Shown piece by piece: positions 46,684-53,540 of a stretch of DNA of 64,000 nucleotides. The stretch lies in assembly GCA_035292085.1 (NCBI GenBank), contig DATDQT010000152.1, forward strand, positions 17,828-81,827, written 5' to 3'. Under the pieces are notes generated by a model that saw nothing but the letters and a program-made list of their open reading frames with translations, was not told the origin of the DNA and searched no databases. The DNA is from a bacterium (GTDB lineage Bacteria > Sysuimicrobiota > Sysuimicrobiia > Sysuimicrobiales > Kaftiobacteriaceae). A program made the position numbers and the translations under genes. Positions within the stretch are counted from its first letter, which is position 1. Every line of letters begins with the position of its first letter.

Positions 46684-47885
46684 GACTGCTCGCCGACGCT
46701 TTGCGCACGGCGCTGGACTCGATTCGTGCCGCCAAAGCGCGCTCCGCCCTGACGATGTTGGGCGTGGTCATCGGGGTCTTTGCGGTCATCGCGCTCATCG
46801 CCGTCGGCGAAGGCGTGCGGCAGCAGGCGGAACAGCTCATCGTCGGGTTGGGACCCGATCTCCTCGCAGTTCTCCCCGGCGCCTCGCCTCAGGGCGGCCT
46901 GCCGGCCGCGACCCAGCTCGGCGCGACGTCCTCGCTGACGACCGGAGACGTGACCGCGTTGCGGACGGTGCCGGCCGTGCGTGAGGTCCAGGCGATGATG
47001 TTCCTCGGCCGGATCGTCTCCTACGGGGATCACGAGACCGTGCCGTTCCTGCTGGGGGGAACCGTCGGCATCGAGCGCTTCTTCAAACTCGAACCCGCGC
47101 GCGGGCGAACACTCACTGCCGCGGACGCTGCGTCGCGCCGCCGCGTGGTCGTCTTCGGCAGCGCAGCGGCGGATCAGGTGGGTCTCACCGACCGGCCGCT
47201 GCCGGCGACGGTGATGATCGGCACCGTGCCGTTTACCGTCGTCGGCTACTTCGCGAAGTCTGACCTCCTGTCGCTGGGCTTCAACGTCGACACGACCGTG
47301 ATCATCCCGCTGTCAACGGCCGAAGCGCTGACGCAGAGCAACCGCGTGCACCGCATCTGGGCATTTTCGCGCGATCCCCGCAATCTCCAGCCGGCAAAAG
47401 AGCAGATCAAAACCCTCCTGCTGGCCAGGCATAAGGAGGAAGACTTCAGTATCCTCGAGCAGCGCGAGGTGCTGAGCCTGCTGGACCGGATCCTCACGAT
47501 CATGACCGCGCTCGTCTCAGGTCTCGGCGCGATCTCGCTCCTCGTCGGCGGGGTCGGCATCATGAACATCATGCTGGTCGCCGTCAGCGAACGGACCCGC
47601 GAGATCGGGCTGCGGAAAGCGGTCGGCGCCACCACGGGCGCGATCCTGGCCCAGTTCCTCATCGAAGCGGCGGTCCTCTCGCTGGTCGGATCGGCCGTCG
47701 GGGTGGTCCTGGCCTGGATCGGTGTCGAGGCGGCGGCCCGCTACTCGCCGCTGATCCCGGTGATCACTCCCCAGGCGCTGGCGCTGGCCGCCGGCGTGGG
47801 GGTCGTGATTGGCGTGGTGTTCGGCCTGGTGCCGGCGGTCCGGGCGGCTACGAAGAACCCCATCGAAGCCCTGCGGTATGAATAA
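46680..47885 (+). CDS. ABC transporter permease (MacB-like, FtsX domain)
   Basis: N-terminal TM, large periplasmic domain, and a C-terminal FtsX-type module (GIMNIMLVAVSERTREIGLRKAVGA). Confidence 0.8.
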   Translation: MRLLADALRTALDSIRAAKARSALTMLGVVIGVFAVIALIAVGEGVRQQAEQLIVGLGPDLLAVLPGASPQGGLPAATQLGATSSLTTGDVTALRTVPAVREVQAMMFLGRIVSYGDHETVPFLLGGTVGIERFFKLEPARGRTLTAADAASRRRVVVFGSAAADQVGLTDRPLPATVMIGTVPFTVVGYFAKSDLLSLGFNVDTTVIIPLSTAEALTQSNRVHRIWAFSRDPRNLQPAKEQIKTLLLARHKEEDFSILEQREVLSLLDRILTIMTALVSGLGAISLLVGGVGIMNIMLVAVSERTREIGLRKAVGATTGAILAQFLIEAAVLSLVGSAVGVVLAWIGVEAAARYSPLIPVITPQALALAAGVGVVIGVVFGLVPAVRAATKNPIEALRYE

Positions 47886-48483
47886 GGGCAAGACGCTGTC
47901 GGCTATCCTCGCCGAGATGCTGCGCGGCGACGACCCCGTCACCGTGGGCGAACTGGCCGACCGCGTGCAGCGGCGGGGCTTTGGGTTGTTGATGATCGTG
48001 CTGGCCCTGCCCACGTTCATCCCGGTCCTGCCTCCGGGCGTCGCGGTCGTCGTGGGCCTCCTGTATTTCCTGCTCGGCGTCCAGATGCTGTGGGGGCTGC
48101 CGCAGCCGTGGCTGCCGCAGCGGGTCCGCGCCTACCGGCTCACCGGCCGCGGCCTCCGGCGACTGCGGGAGCGCGGCGTCCCGCTGCTGCGGCGGTTGGA
48201 GGAGTTGTCCCGCGAGCGGCCCCTGCCGATCGATGAGGGGATCATCACGCGGGCCATCGCCGTCGTGATGTGCGTCATCGGCGTCATCCTGGTGCTGCCG
48301 ATCCCGTTCTTCAACACCCTGCCCGCGCTCAGCGTCCTGGCCCTGGGAGTGGGATTGTTGAATCGCGACGCGCTGTTCCTCGTGGCCGGGCTGGCCATCG
48401 CCAGCGGCGCCATCGCGGTGGTGGTCTTCGGGGCCGGCGCGCTGTGGGCCGTGTATGAGTGGCTTCGGGATCGGCTCCGCTAG
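47878..48483 (+). CDS. ExoD family exopolysaccharide-synthesis membrane protein
   Basis: Start ATG 47878 overlaps the upstream stop. The ExoD call rests on two segments: LSAILAEMLRGDDPVTVGELADRV..RGFGLLMIVLALP and P.PWLPQRV. Confidence 0.65.
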   Translation: MNKGKTLSAILAEMLRGDDPVTVGELADRVQRRGFGLLMIVLALPTFIPVLPPGVAVVVGLLYFLLGVQMLWGLPQPWLPQRVRAYRLTGRGLRRLRERGVPLLRRLEELSRERPLPIDEGIITRAIAVVMCVIGVILVLPIPFFNTLPALSVLALGVGLLNRDALFLVAGLAIASGAIAVVVFGAGALWAVYEWLRDRLR

Positions 48484-49238
48484 AGGAGCTGCCGGAGAAT
48501 CAGCGTGAGCCCGCTGACGAAAATGAGCCCGAGCACGAAGCGCCGGAACGTCTCGGCGGGCAGCTTGTCCTGCAGCCAAAATCCCACCTTCGTGCCGGCC
48601 AGCACGGGCAGACAGGCCGCCAGCGCATAGAGCGCCAGCGAGCCGGTATAGAGACCGAGGCGGGCGTAACTGAGCGCCTGGGTCACCCCGCCCAGGAAGA
48701 AGGACGCGGTCAGCCAGAACACAAACGCCCGTTTGTCCACCCGCAGGGAGTGGACGTAGGCCGCAATCAGCGGCGCGAAGATGCCGGTCGTCCCACCCAT
48801 CACGCCGGACGCCACGCCCACGGCGGGTCCCGCGTACGTGCGCGCGCGGCGGGAAATGGCGGGCACGCCGCCGGCGAAGGCGACGACGGCAAACGCCAGC
48901 GTCGTGACTCCGACGATGAGCGACAGCATCCCGGGATCGAGCACGCCCAGGAACTGCGCGCCGATCACCGTGCCGAGGATCACACCGGCCAGCATCGTCC
49001 AGAACTGACGCAGTTCATCGACAGTTCCTCCGCCCCGCAGCAGAATGAGGAGGTTGGAGAACAGCACCGGAATCGCGATGAGCACGACCGCCGTCCGCGC
49101 GCCGATGAGGTTGGCGGAGATGGGCACGGCGATCAAGGGAAAGCCGAATCCCAGGGTGGTTTTCACCGCGGTGGCGAAGGCCACGACGACAAGAACCGCT
49201 ATGAACGCCAGATCGAAGGAGAGGGAAGGCTCATTCAC
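48480..49238 (-). CDS. TauE/SafE family sulfite/anion exporter
   Basis: 252-aa polytopic protein with the repeated G..GG..G...P pattern typical of TauE. GTG start. Confidence 0.75.
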   Translation of the reverse strand: MNEPSLSFDLAFIAVLVVVAFATAVKTTLGFGFPLIAVPISANLIGARTAVVLIAIPVLFSNLLILLRGGGTVDELRQFWTMLAGVILGTVIGAQFLGVLDPGMLSLIVGVTTLAFAVVAFAGGVPAISRRARTYAGPAVGVASGVMGGTTGIFAPLIAAYVHSLRVDKRAFVFWLTASFFLGGVTQALSYARLGLYTGSLALYALAACLPVLAGTKVGFWLQDKLPAETFRRFVLGLIFVSGLTLILRQLL

Positions 49239-49247
49239 AAGAAGACA

Positions 49248-50384
49248 TCAGTCGAGCGTGATTTCGATGAACGGCGTCACGCACGGCGTGCCCGCGGCGA
49301 CGTACATGCGGCGGGCGGTGAGGTCCTGCAGCACCGACACGACAGTCTCGACCCGTTCTTCCTCGGGCAGGTGGGGATTCGGGTGCCGGCAGACCGAGTC
49401 CGGGTGCCCGGTATGATCGGCCAGCATCGCCATCATGGCCGTCCGATCGATCCTGCCCGACGCACGTCCATCCTCCAACATGTGCGTCATCCGGGCCATG
49501 CGGGGGTAGGTCGATGTCTTCTCCTCCGCCAGCGGCTGCCAGACCCCGAGCGCGGCCGGATCGACGAAGTGGTTGGCATGCGCGAAGGTCCCGCCGGCAG
49601 GGAGCAGGCGGCAAGTTGTCTCCGGAGCGGCTTCGATGTTGACCACTTCCGCTTCCCCGTTCGCCTTCCCCATCAAGAAGTTGGCCGAACACGACCGCGG
49701 TTCATCGGTGATCAACGCCACCGCCTCGGCCAGCGTGTGCTGCTGGAGGATCATCCAGGTGCGCACGTGGAACGGCGTCCGCAGGCGCGACCAGTCGTCG
49801 TGGTTGCTGAGCAGGCCGTTGATGACCAGCCCCAATCCGGCCGAGTTCATCCCGATCTTGCCGCCGACAATCCCCGCTTCGGTGAAGGCGGCGATGGTCA
49901 TCCCGTCCGCCTGTCGCATGCGGAGGATCGCGCCCCGGACCTGCGGGAACCAGTCCCAGTTCTGTCCCAGCCACAGGTGGCCGTCGGCGGATGCCTCCGG
50001 CAGCACCGCGAACGCCGTGCAGCCGTCGGGTTCCAACGCGGGGACGCCCGCCGCGGCCTGAGCGGCAAGCGTCTGGTTGATCGTCGAGTACTGGCTGTAG
50101 AGAATCTCGTAGCGGGCGTTCAATGCGGCCACGTCGTCGAGGAGGATCCCTGATCCGTCGCTGACCCCGCGGACCATCGCCGCGTAGGGAGGGGCCGCGC
50201 CGTCCATCACGGCAAGGTACTGCCGACCACGGGACCGGACCTCGTCCACGGTGAGTTTGGCTTCGCGCTGAAACCGGTCGTAGTAGATACGAAGGTTTTC
50301 CGAGATCGCTCCCGCCAGCCGCCGGCCCTGTTCACGGCCCATCTCGTACGGCGTGCCTGTGAGCTGGATGACAGGAAGCGACAT
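49248..50384 (-). CDS. C45 family peptidase / acyl-CoA:6-APA acyltransferase-like N-terminal-nucleophile hydrolase
   Basis: GTPYEMGREQG N-terminus and the autoprocessing-site context DGCTAFAV...GQNWDW. Confidence 0.7.
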   Translation of the reverse strand: MSLPVIQLTGTPYEMGREQGRRLAGAISENLRIYYDRFQREAKLTVDEVRSRGRQYLAVMDGAAPPYAAMVRGVSDGSGILLDDVAALNARYEILYSQYSTINQTLAAQAAAGVPALEPDGCTAFAVLPEASADGHLWLGQNWDWFPQVRGAILRMRQADGMTIAAFTEAGIVGGKIGMNSAGLGLVINGLLSNHDDWSRLRTPFHVRTWMILQQHTLAEAVALITDEPRSCSANFLMGKANGEAEVVNIEAAPETTCRLLPAGGTFAHANHFVDPAALGVWQPLAEEKTSTYPRMARMTHMLEDGRASGRIDRTAMMAMLADHTGHPDSVCRHPNPHLPEEERVETVVSVLQDLTARRMYVAAGTPCVTPFIEITLD

Positions 50385-50394
50385 GCTGCTCCTC

Positions 50395-50431
50395 TTTCAG
50401 TTCCCCGTTCCCGGTTCCCTGTTCTTTCAGA
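50395..50431. repeat. Heptamer tract (minus strand AACAGGG AACCGGG AACGGGG AAC) bracketed by CTGAAAG direct repeats, just upstream of the C45 peptidase start
   Basis: Read directly. About 30 nt closely resemble the minus-strand sequence at 13021-13050. Confidence 0.75.
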
Positions 50432-51407
50432 GCTCCAACTGGAACTCCAGCCACGCGGGCTGGCGGACGAATCCGAGTTTCCCATTGATGGCCAGCATGG
50501 GCCCATTCTTGCTGCTGTTCCAGGTCTGAATGACGCGGTGGCCATGAGCCTTGGCGTATTCCACCGTGCGGACCTTCAGCGTTGTGGCGATACCGAGCCC
50601 GCGGCAGCCCGGGATCACGCCGGTGAGCTCCTGGTGCAGCCATGCCGGATCGGCATCACTGCGCTTGAGGACGCTCTCGCCGACATACATCTCGCCGTAT
50701 TTCGCCAGGAAGTACGCGTCGTGCAGGGCCATCGGGCTGTCGATGCCGCTGCGCCGGAAGTCCACGAAGGCCGGCGGGGTGGGCAGCCCGGGATCATCGC
50801 GCGGGGCCCCCATGTCCAGGATACAGTGCATCTCGTAGACCGCCGGCAGGCAGTCGGGGCGGGACCGGAGTTCCTCCGCCAGCGTCGTCAGCGTGATCCC
50901 GAGATCTGCGACTGTCCGTGCGTAGTGCGCGAAGGGCGCCAGATCACACCGCACCACGTCCAGCCGTGATTCGAAGCTGCGCGAGTACTCGGTGAAACCG
51001 TATCGGCGTACGAATGCGATGGCGCGGCCGTGGTCTTCGCGGACGATTTCTTTCACCCACCGCGCCCCTCGCGCCCGCAATTCCGACAGCAGGCGATCCA
51101 TCATCGCGCGGCCGATGCCCCGGCCCTGCCAGTCCGGGTGGACCGTGAGCCGCAGACGGTACCGGTCCGGGTGGAACGACCAGGGCAGTTGATGGTAGCT
51201 CCCCGTCGCGACCACCTCGCCCGAGTCCCGATCCTCGGCAACAAATTTCTCGAACACGAAGCGCTCCGGATCGACCTCCGCCTCGAACTCTCGGATCTGC
51301 GCGGCCGTGATCGGCCAGTCCGGGAAGACGGCGCGGCGGATCCGGGCGATCGCGTCATAGTCCGAGTCATGCTGATGTCGGATACGGATGCCGGCAGCGG
51401 TCTGCAT
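50427..51407 (-). CDS. Two-domain GNAT family N-acetyltransferase
   Basis: HPDWQGRGIGRAMM and CRGLGIATTLK acetyl-CoA-binding-type motifs in two tandem GNAT folds. Confidence 0.75.
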   Translation of the reverse strand: MQTAAGIRIRHQHDSDYDAIARIRRAVFPDWPITAAQIREFEAEVDPERFVFEKFVAEDRDSGEVVATGSYHQLPWSFHPDRYRLRLTVHPDWQGRGIGRAMMDRLLSELRARGARWVKEIVREDHGRAIAFVRRYGFTEYSRSFESRLDVVRCDLAPFAHYARTVADLGITLTTLAEELRSRPDCLPAVYEMHCILDMGAPRDDPGLPTPPAFVDFRRSGIDSPMALHDAYFLAKYGEMYVGESVLKRSDADPAWLHQELTGVIPGCRGLGIATTLKVRTVEYAKAHGHRVIQTWNSSKNGPMLAINGKLGFVRQPAWLEFQLEL

Positions 51408-51422
51408 CCTGCCCTCTCTTCC

Positions 51423-52412
51423 CTACGCGTACTCTTTCGAGAACGTGATCCACACGGGCTGGCGGACAAACCCGAACTTGACATTAATTGCCAGGATGGC
51501 CGCGTTGTTGATCTCGTTCCACGTCCGGATCTCCCGCACCCCGTGGTCGCGCGCGTATTCGACGGTTCTGACCTTTAATGCCGTGGCCACGTGGCGGCCG
51601 CGGAACTGCCGCCGCACGCCGGTGAGCCCTTGGTTGAGCCAGTCGCCGGTCTTGGGTTTGAACAGCGCGCTCAGCCCGGCGTACTCGCCGTCAACCACGC
51701 CGATGTAATAGGCATCGTTGAGCGCCCAGGGCGCGTCCACCGCGTACTCCCGGAACATCTCAAAGGTCACCGGCGTGTGTACCTCGTCGGGCGGCCGGGG
51801 GATGTCCTGAGCAATCTCGGCCTCCATCGCATGCAGGCGCTGCAGGTTCTCCGGATCCTTCGCCCGCTCCGCGGCCAACGTGGTAATCGTGACCCCGTGT
51901 GAGCCGGCCGCGTGCACGTACGGCGCAAACCGGTCGAATGCGAATGCCGCGACGTCCAGCCGCGACTCCCAGGCGCGCATCACTTCGGTGAAGCCTCGCG
52001 CCATCGCAAACTGCATCGCCTCAGGCATCTTCTCCCAAATGTTCGTCTTCACTGAAACCGCCTGCCGCGCGCGCAGGTCGTGCTCAAGATGATCCCACAG
52101 CGCGGACCCGATACCGCGCCCTTGCCACTGGGGATGGACCCGGACCTCCGATCCGAACTTCTGCGGGTCAAAGGCCCACGCAACGTTCCAGATCCCGGCG
52201 TACCCGGCAATGCTGCCCGAGGCTTTGTCTTCGGCGACGAACCGTTCGTTCACGCACTTCTTGTCGTAGTGCTCGTCGTCGTATCGCCACTCCTCGACGG
52301 TGCTCGGCCGGTCGGGCAAGACGGCGTTGCTGACCGCCACGACATCCTCATAATCCGCGACGCGAAACGGCCGGATCTCGACTGCCGCCGGCGCGTGCCG
52401 TGTGACTTTCAT
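51423..52412 (-). CDS. Two-domain GNAT family N-acetyltransferase (paralogue of 50427-51407)
   Basis: HPQWQGRGIGSALW and FRGRHVATALK motifs. Collinear with the downstream paralogue, including the C-terminal GFVRQP.W. Confidence 0.75.
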   Translation of the reverse strand: MKVTRHAPAAVEIRPFRVADYEDVVAVSNAVLPDRPSTVEEWRYDDEHYDKKCVNERFVAEDKASGSIAGYAGIWNVAWAFDPQKFGSEVRVHPQWQGRGIGSALWDHLEHDLRARQAVSVKTNIWEKMPEAMQFAMARGFTEVMRAWESRLDVAAFAFDRFAPYVHAAGSHGVTITTLAAERAKDPENLQRLHAMEAEIAQDIPRPPDEVHTPVTFEMFREYAVDAPWALNDAYYIGVVDGEYAGLSALFKPKTGDWLNQGLTGVRRQFRGRHVATALKVRTVEYARDHGVREIRTWNEINNAAILAINVKFGFVRQPVWITFSKEYA

Positions 52413-52427
52413 CGCTAGACCTCCTTT

Positions 52428-52465
52428 GAAAAATCAAAAGCGCAGGGTCCACATCGACCCTGCGC
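52428..52465 (-). terminator. Intrinsic terminator immediately upstream of the GNAT operon SD (candidate attenuator)
   Basis: Minus RNA GCGCAGGGUC-GAUGUG-GACCCUGCGC followed by UUUUGAUUUUUC, then AAAGGAGGU and the AUG at 52412. Confidence 0.7.
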
Positions 52466-52491
52466 CCCGGGATGACCTTGAGTGGGATTGC

Positions 52492-52602
52492 CTACACGGC
52501 ATTCCCTCCAACCACGCTCACGCTCTGACGCCCATGGGAGCAGGGCCGGCCCGCTGCCGGGCCGCTGACACACGCGAGATCGATGCCCGCCCGAATCACC
52601 AT
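52492..52602 (-). CDS. Candidate 36-aa leader ORF (MVIRAGIDLACVSGPAAGRPCSHGRQSVSVVGGNAV)
   Basis: AUG 8 nt after GGAGG; ends 26 nt before the terminator stem. Purely positional evidence. Confidence 0.2.
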   Translation of the reverse strand: MVIRAGIDLACVSGPAAGRPCSHGRQSVSVVGGNAV

Positions 52603-52668
52603 GGGTCGAACCTCCAGCACTACGATGGTATCGACGCTAACACAAGTCCGAGGGCCCAGTCAACACAG

Positions 52669-53403
52669 TTACGTGAGGAGGCCGAGTTCTCTGAGGCGGA
52701 TCCGCAGGGCATGCTGCGACACGCGGAATTCGCGGGCGAGGTCGGCGATGACGGTGCGGATCGCCCGGTCCCGGTCGTTGGTGCCCAGCGTGTGGAGGAT
52801 CGTGGGTTCGAGCCGCTGGAACGCCGCGCGCACGACTGCCGCCGGCATCAGCAGTTCTGCGGCAAAGGCTTTGGCATGGACCTCTTCCCCGGCCCGCATC
52901 CGCTCGCGCATGCGCGGTGCGCCGCCGGGGACGTCGCTGGCCGCGAGTGCGGTGTGGCCGAGGACGGCGTGGCCGAGTTCTTCGGCAACGGCCCACCGCC
53001 GTTCACCGTCACTGCGAAACGGGTAGTCCCGATTGAGGATGAGGATCCGGTGCTCGCTGTCTCCCTCGAGCCCGCCCCGGTATGCTGCGCTCAGCGATCG
53101 CCAGCGCACCGGATAGCCGAGCCGTTCGGCCAGCGCCTCGACGTCAGCGGGCGGTCGGATGTTGAACGCCTCGAGGATCTCGCGCGCCTGTACGGCTGCC
53201 GGCCCGGCGGCCCTCCGCCGGCGCGGGCCGATCTGGACGGGCTGCAGGGACCGGACCACGTCGAGTTCCTCCGCCGAGAATTCGCGGCCGCCGCTTTCCA
53301 ACTGCAGCAGCCCGCACTCCGGGCATGACCAAGCCACCGGCGGCTCGCACTCGCTGGCGAACCGCGCGATCATTGCCGTGGAGCAGACCGGACAGTCTCG
53401 CAT
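52669..53403 (-). CDS. ImmA/IrrE family metallo-endopeptidase with N-terminal zinc ribbon
   Basis: CPVCSTAM...CPECG ribbon. HEXXH-type AEELGHAVLGH plus a downstream EVHAKAFAAELLMP. The track start GTG 53442 lies inside repeat DNA. Confidence 0.7.
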   Translation of the reverse strand: MRDCPVCSTAMIARFASECEPPVAWSCPECGLLQLESGGREFSAEELDVVRSLQPVQIGPRRRRAAGPAAVQAREILEAFNIRPPADVEALAERLGYPVRWRSLSAAYRGGLEGDSEHRILILNRDYPFRSDGERRWAVAEELGHAVLGHTALAASDVPGGAPRMRERMRAGEEVHAKAFAAELLMPAAVVRAAFQRLEPTILHTLGTNDRDRAIRTVIADLAREFRVSQHALRIRLRELGLLT

Positions 53404-53408
53404 AGTCG

Positions 53409-53442
53409 AACTCACACAACTCACAGAACCTACACAACTCAC
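53409..53442. repeat. Three AACTCAC heptamers, including an 11-bp direct repeat ACACAACTCAC at 53414 and 53432 (18-bp period)
   Basis: Read directly from the sequence. Confidence 0.8.
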
Positions 53443-53496
53443 CCAAATTACTTGCTCGCAGCTATTCCCCTGCCCTGAGGATTCCTACCGGCTTCT

Positions 53497-53540
53497 AGTT
53501 GAGTGAGTCGTGTGAGTTGAGTGAGTCGAGTGAGTTGTTC
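53497..53540. repeat. 14-bp direct repeat AGTTGAGTGAGTCG at 53497 and 53515 (18-bp period) plus a further GAGTGAGTTG; inverse orientation to the 53409-53442 cluster
   Basis: Read directly from the sequence. Confidence 0.8.

Noticed and set aside
48459-50153. 564-aa plus-strand ORF
   Set aside because: Antisense to the TauE-like and C45 peptidase genes. The translation is an Arg/Gly/His/Glu-rich string with no recognisable motifs.
52590-52625. tRNA-like GGTTCGA T-loop sequence (GGAGGUUCGACCC on the minus strand)
   Set aside because: The flanking bases do not form a T-stem, and no acceptor, D or anticodon arms can be drawn. Not a tRNA.
52467-52668. Assigning the GNAT-operon leader to a known riboswitch class (cobalamin, ZTP, ykkC/guanidine, TPP, c-di-AMP)
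   Set aside because: Only partial resemblances (for example GGUGAUUCGGGCGGGC vs the cobalamin GGUG..AAUCC core). None of the diagnostic cores (B12 box, CUGAGA, CCGCCUGGGC, ACGR loops) is present. Left as an unclassified candidate.
53404-53540. CRISPR array
   Set aside because: The repeats are 7-14 bp with an 18-bp period and occur in both orientations, far too short and irregular for CRISPR. No cas genes are in the window.
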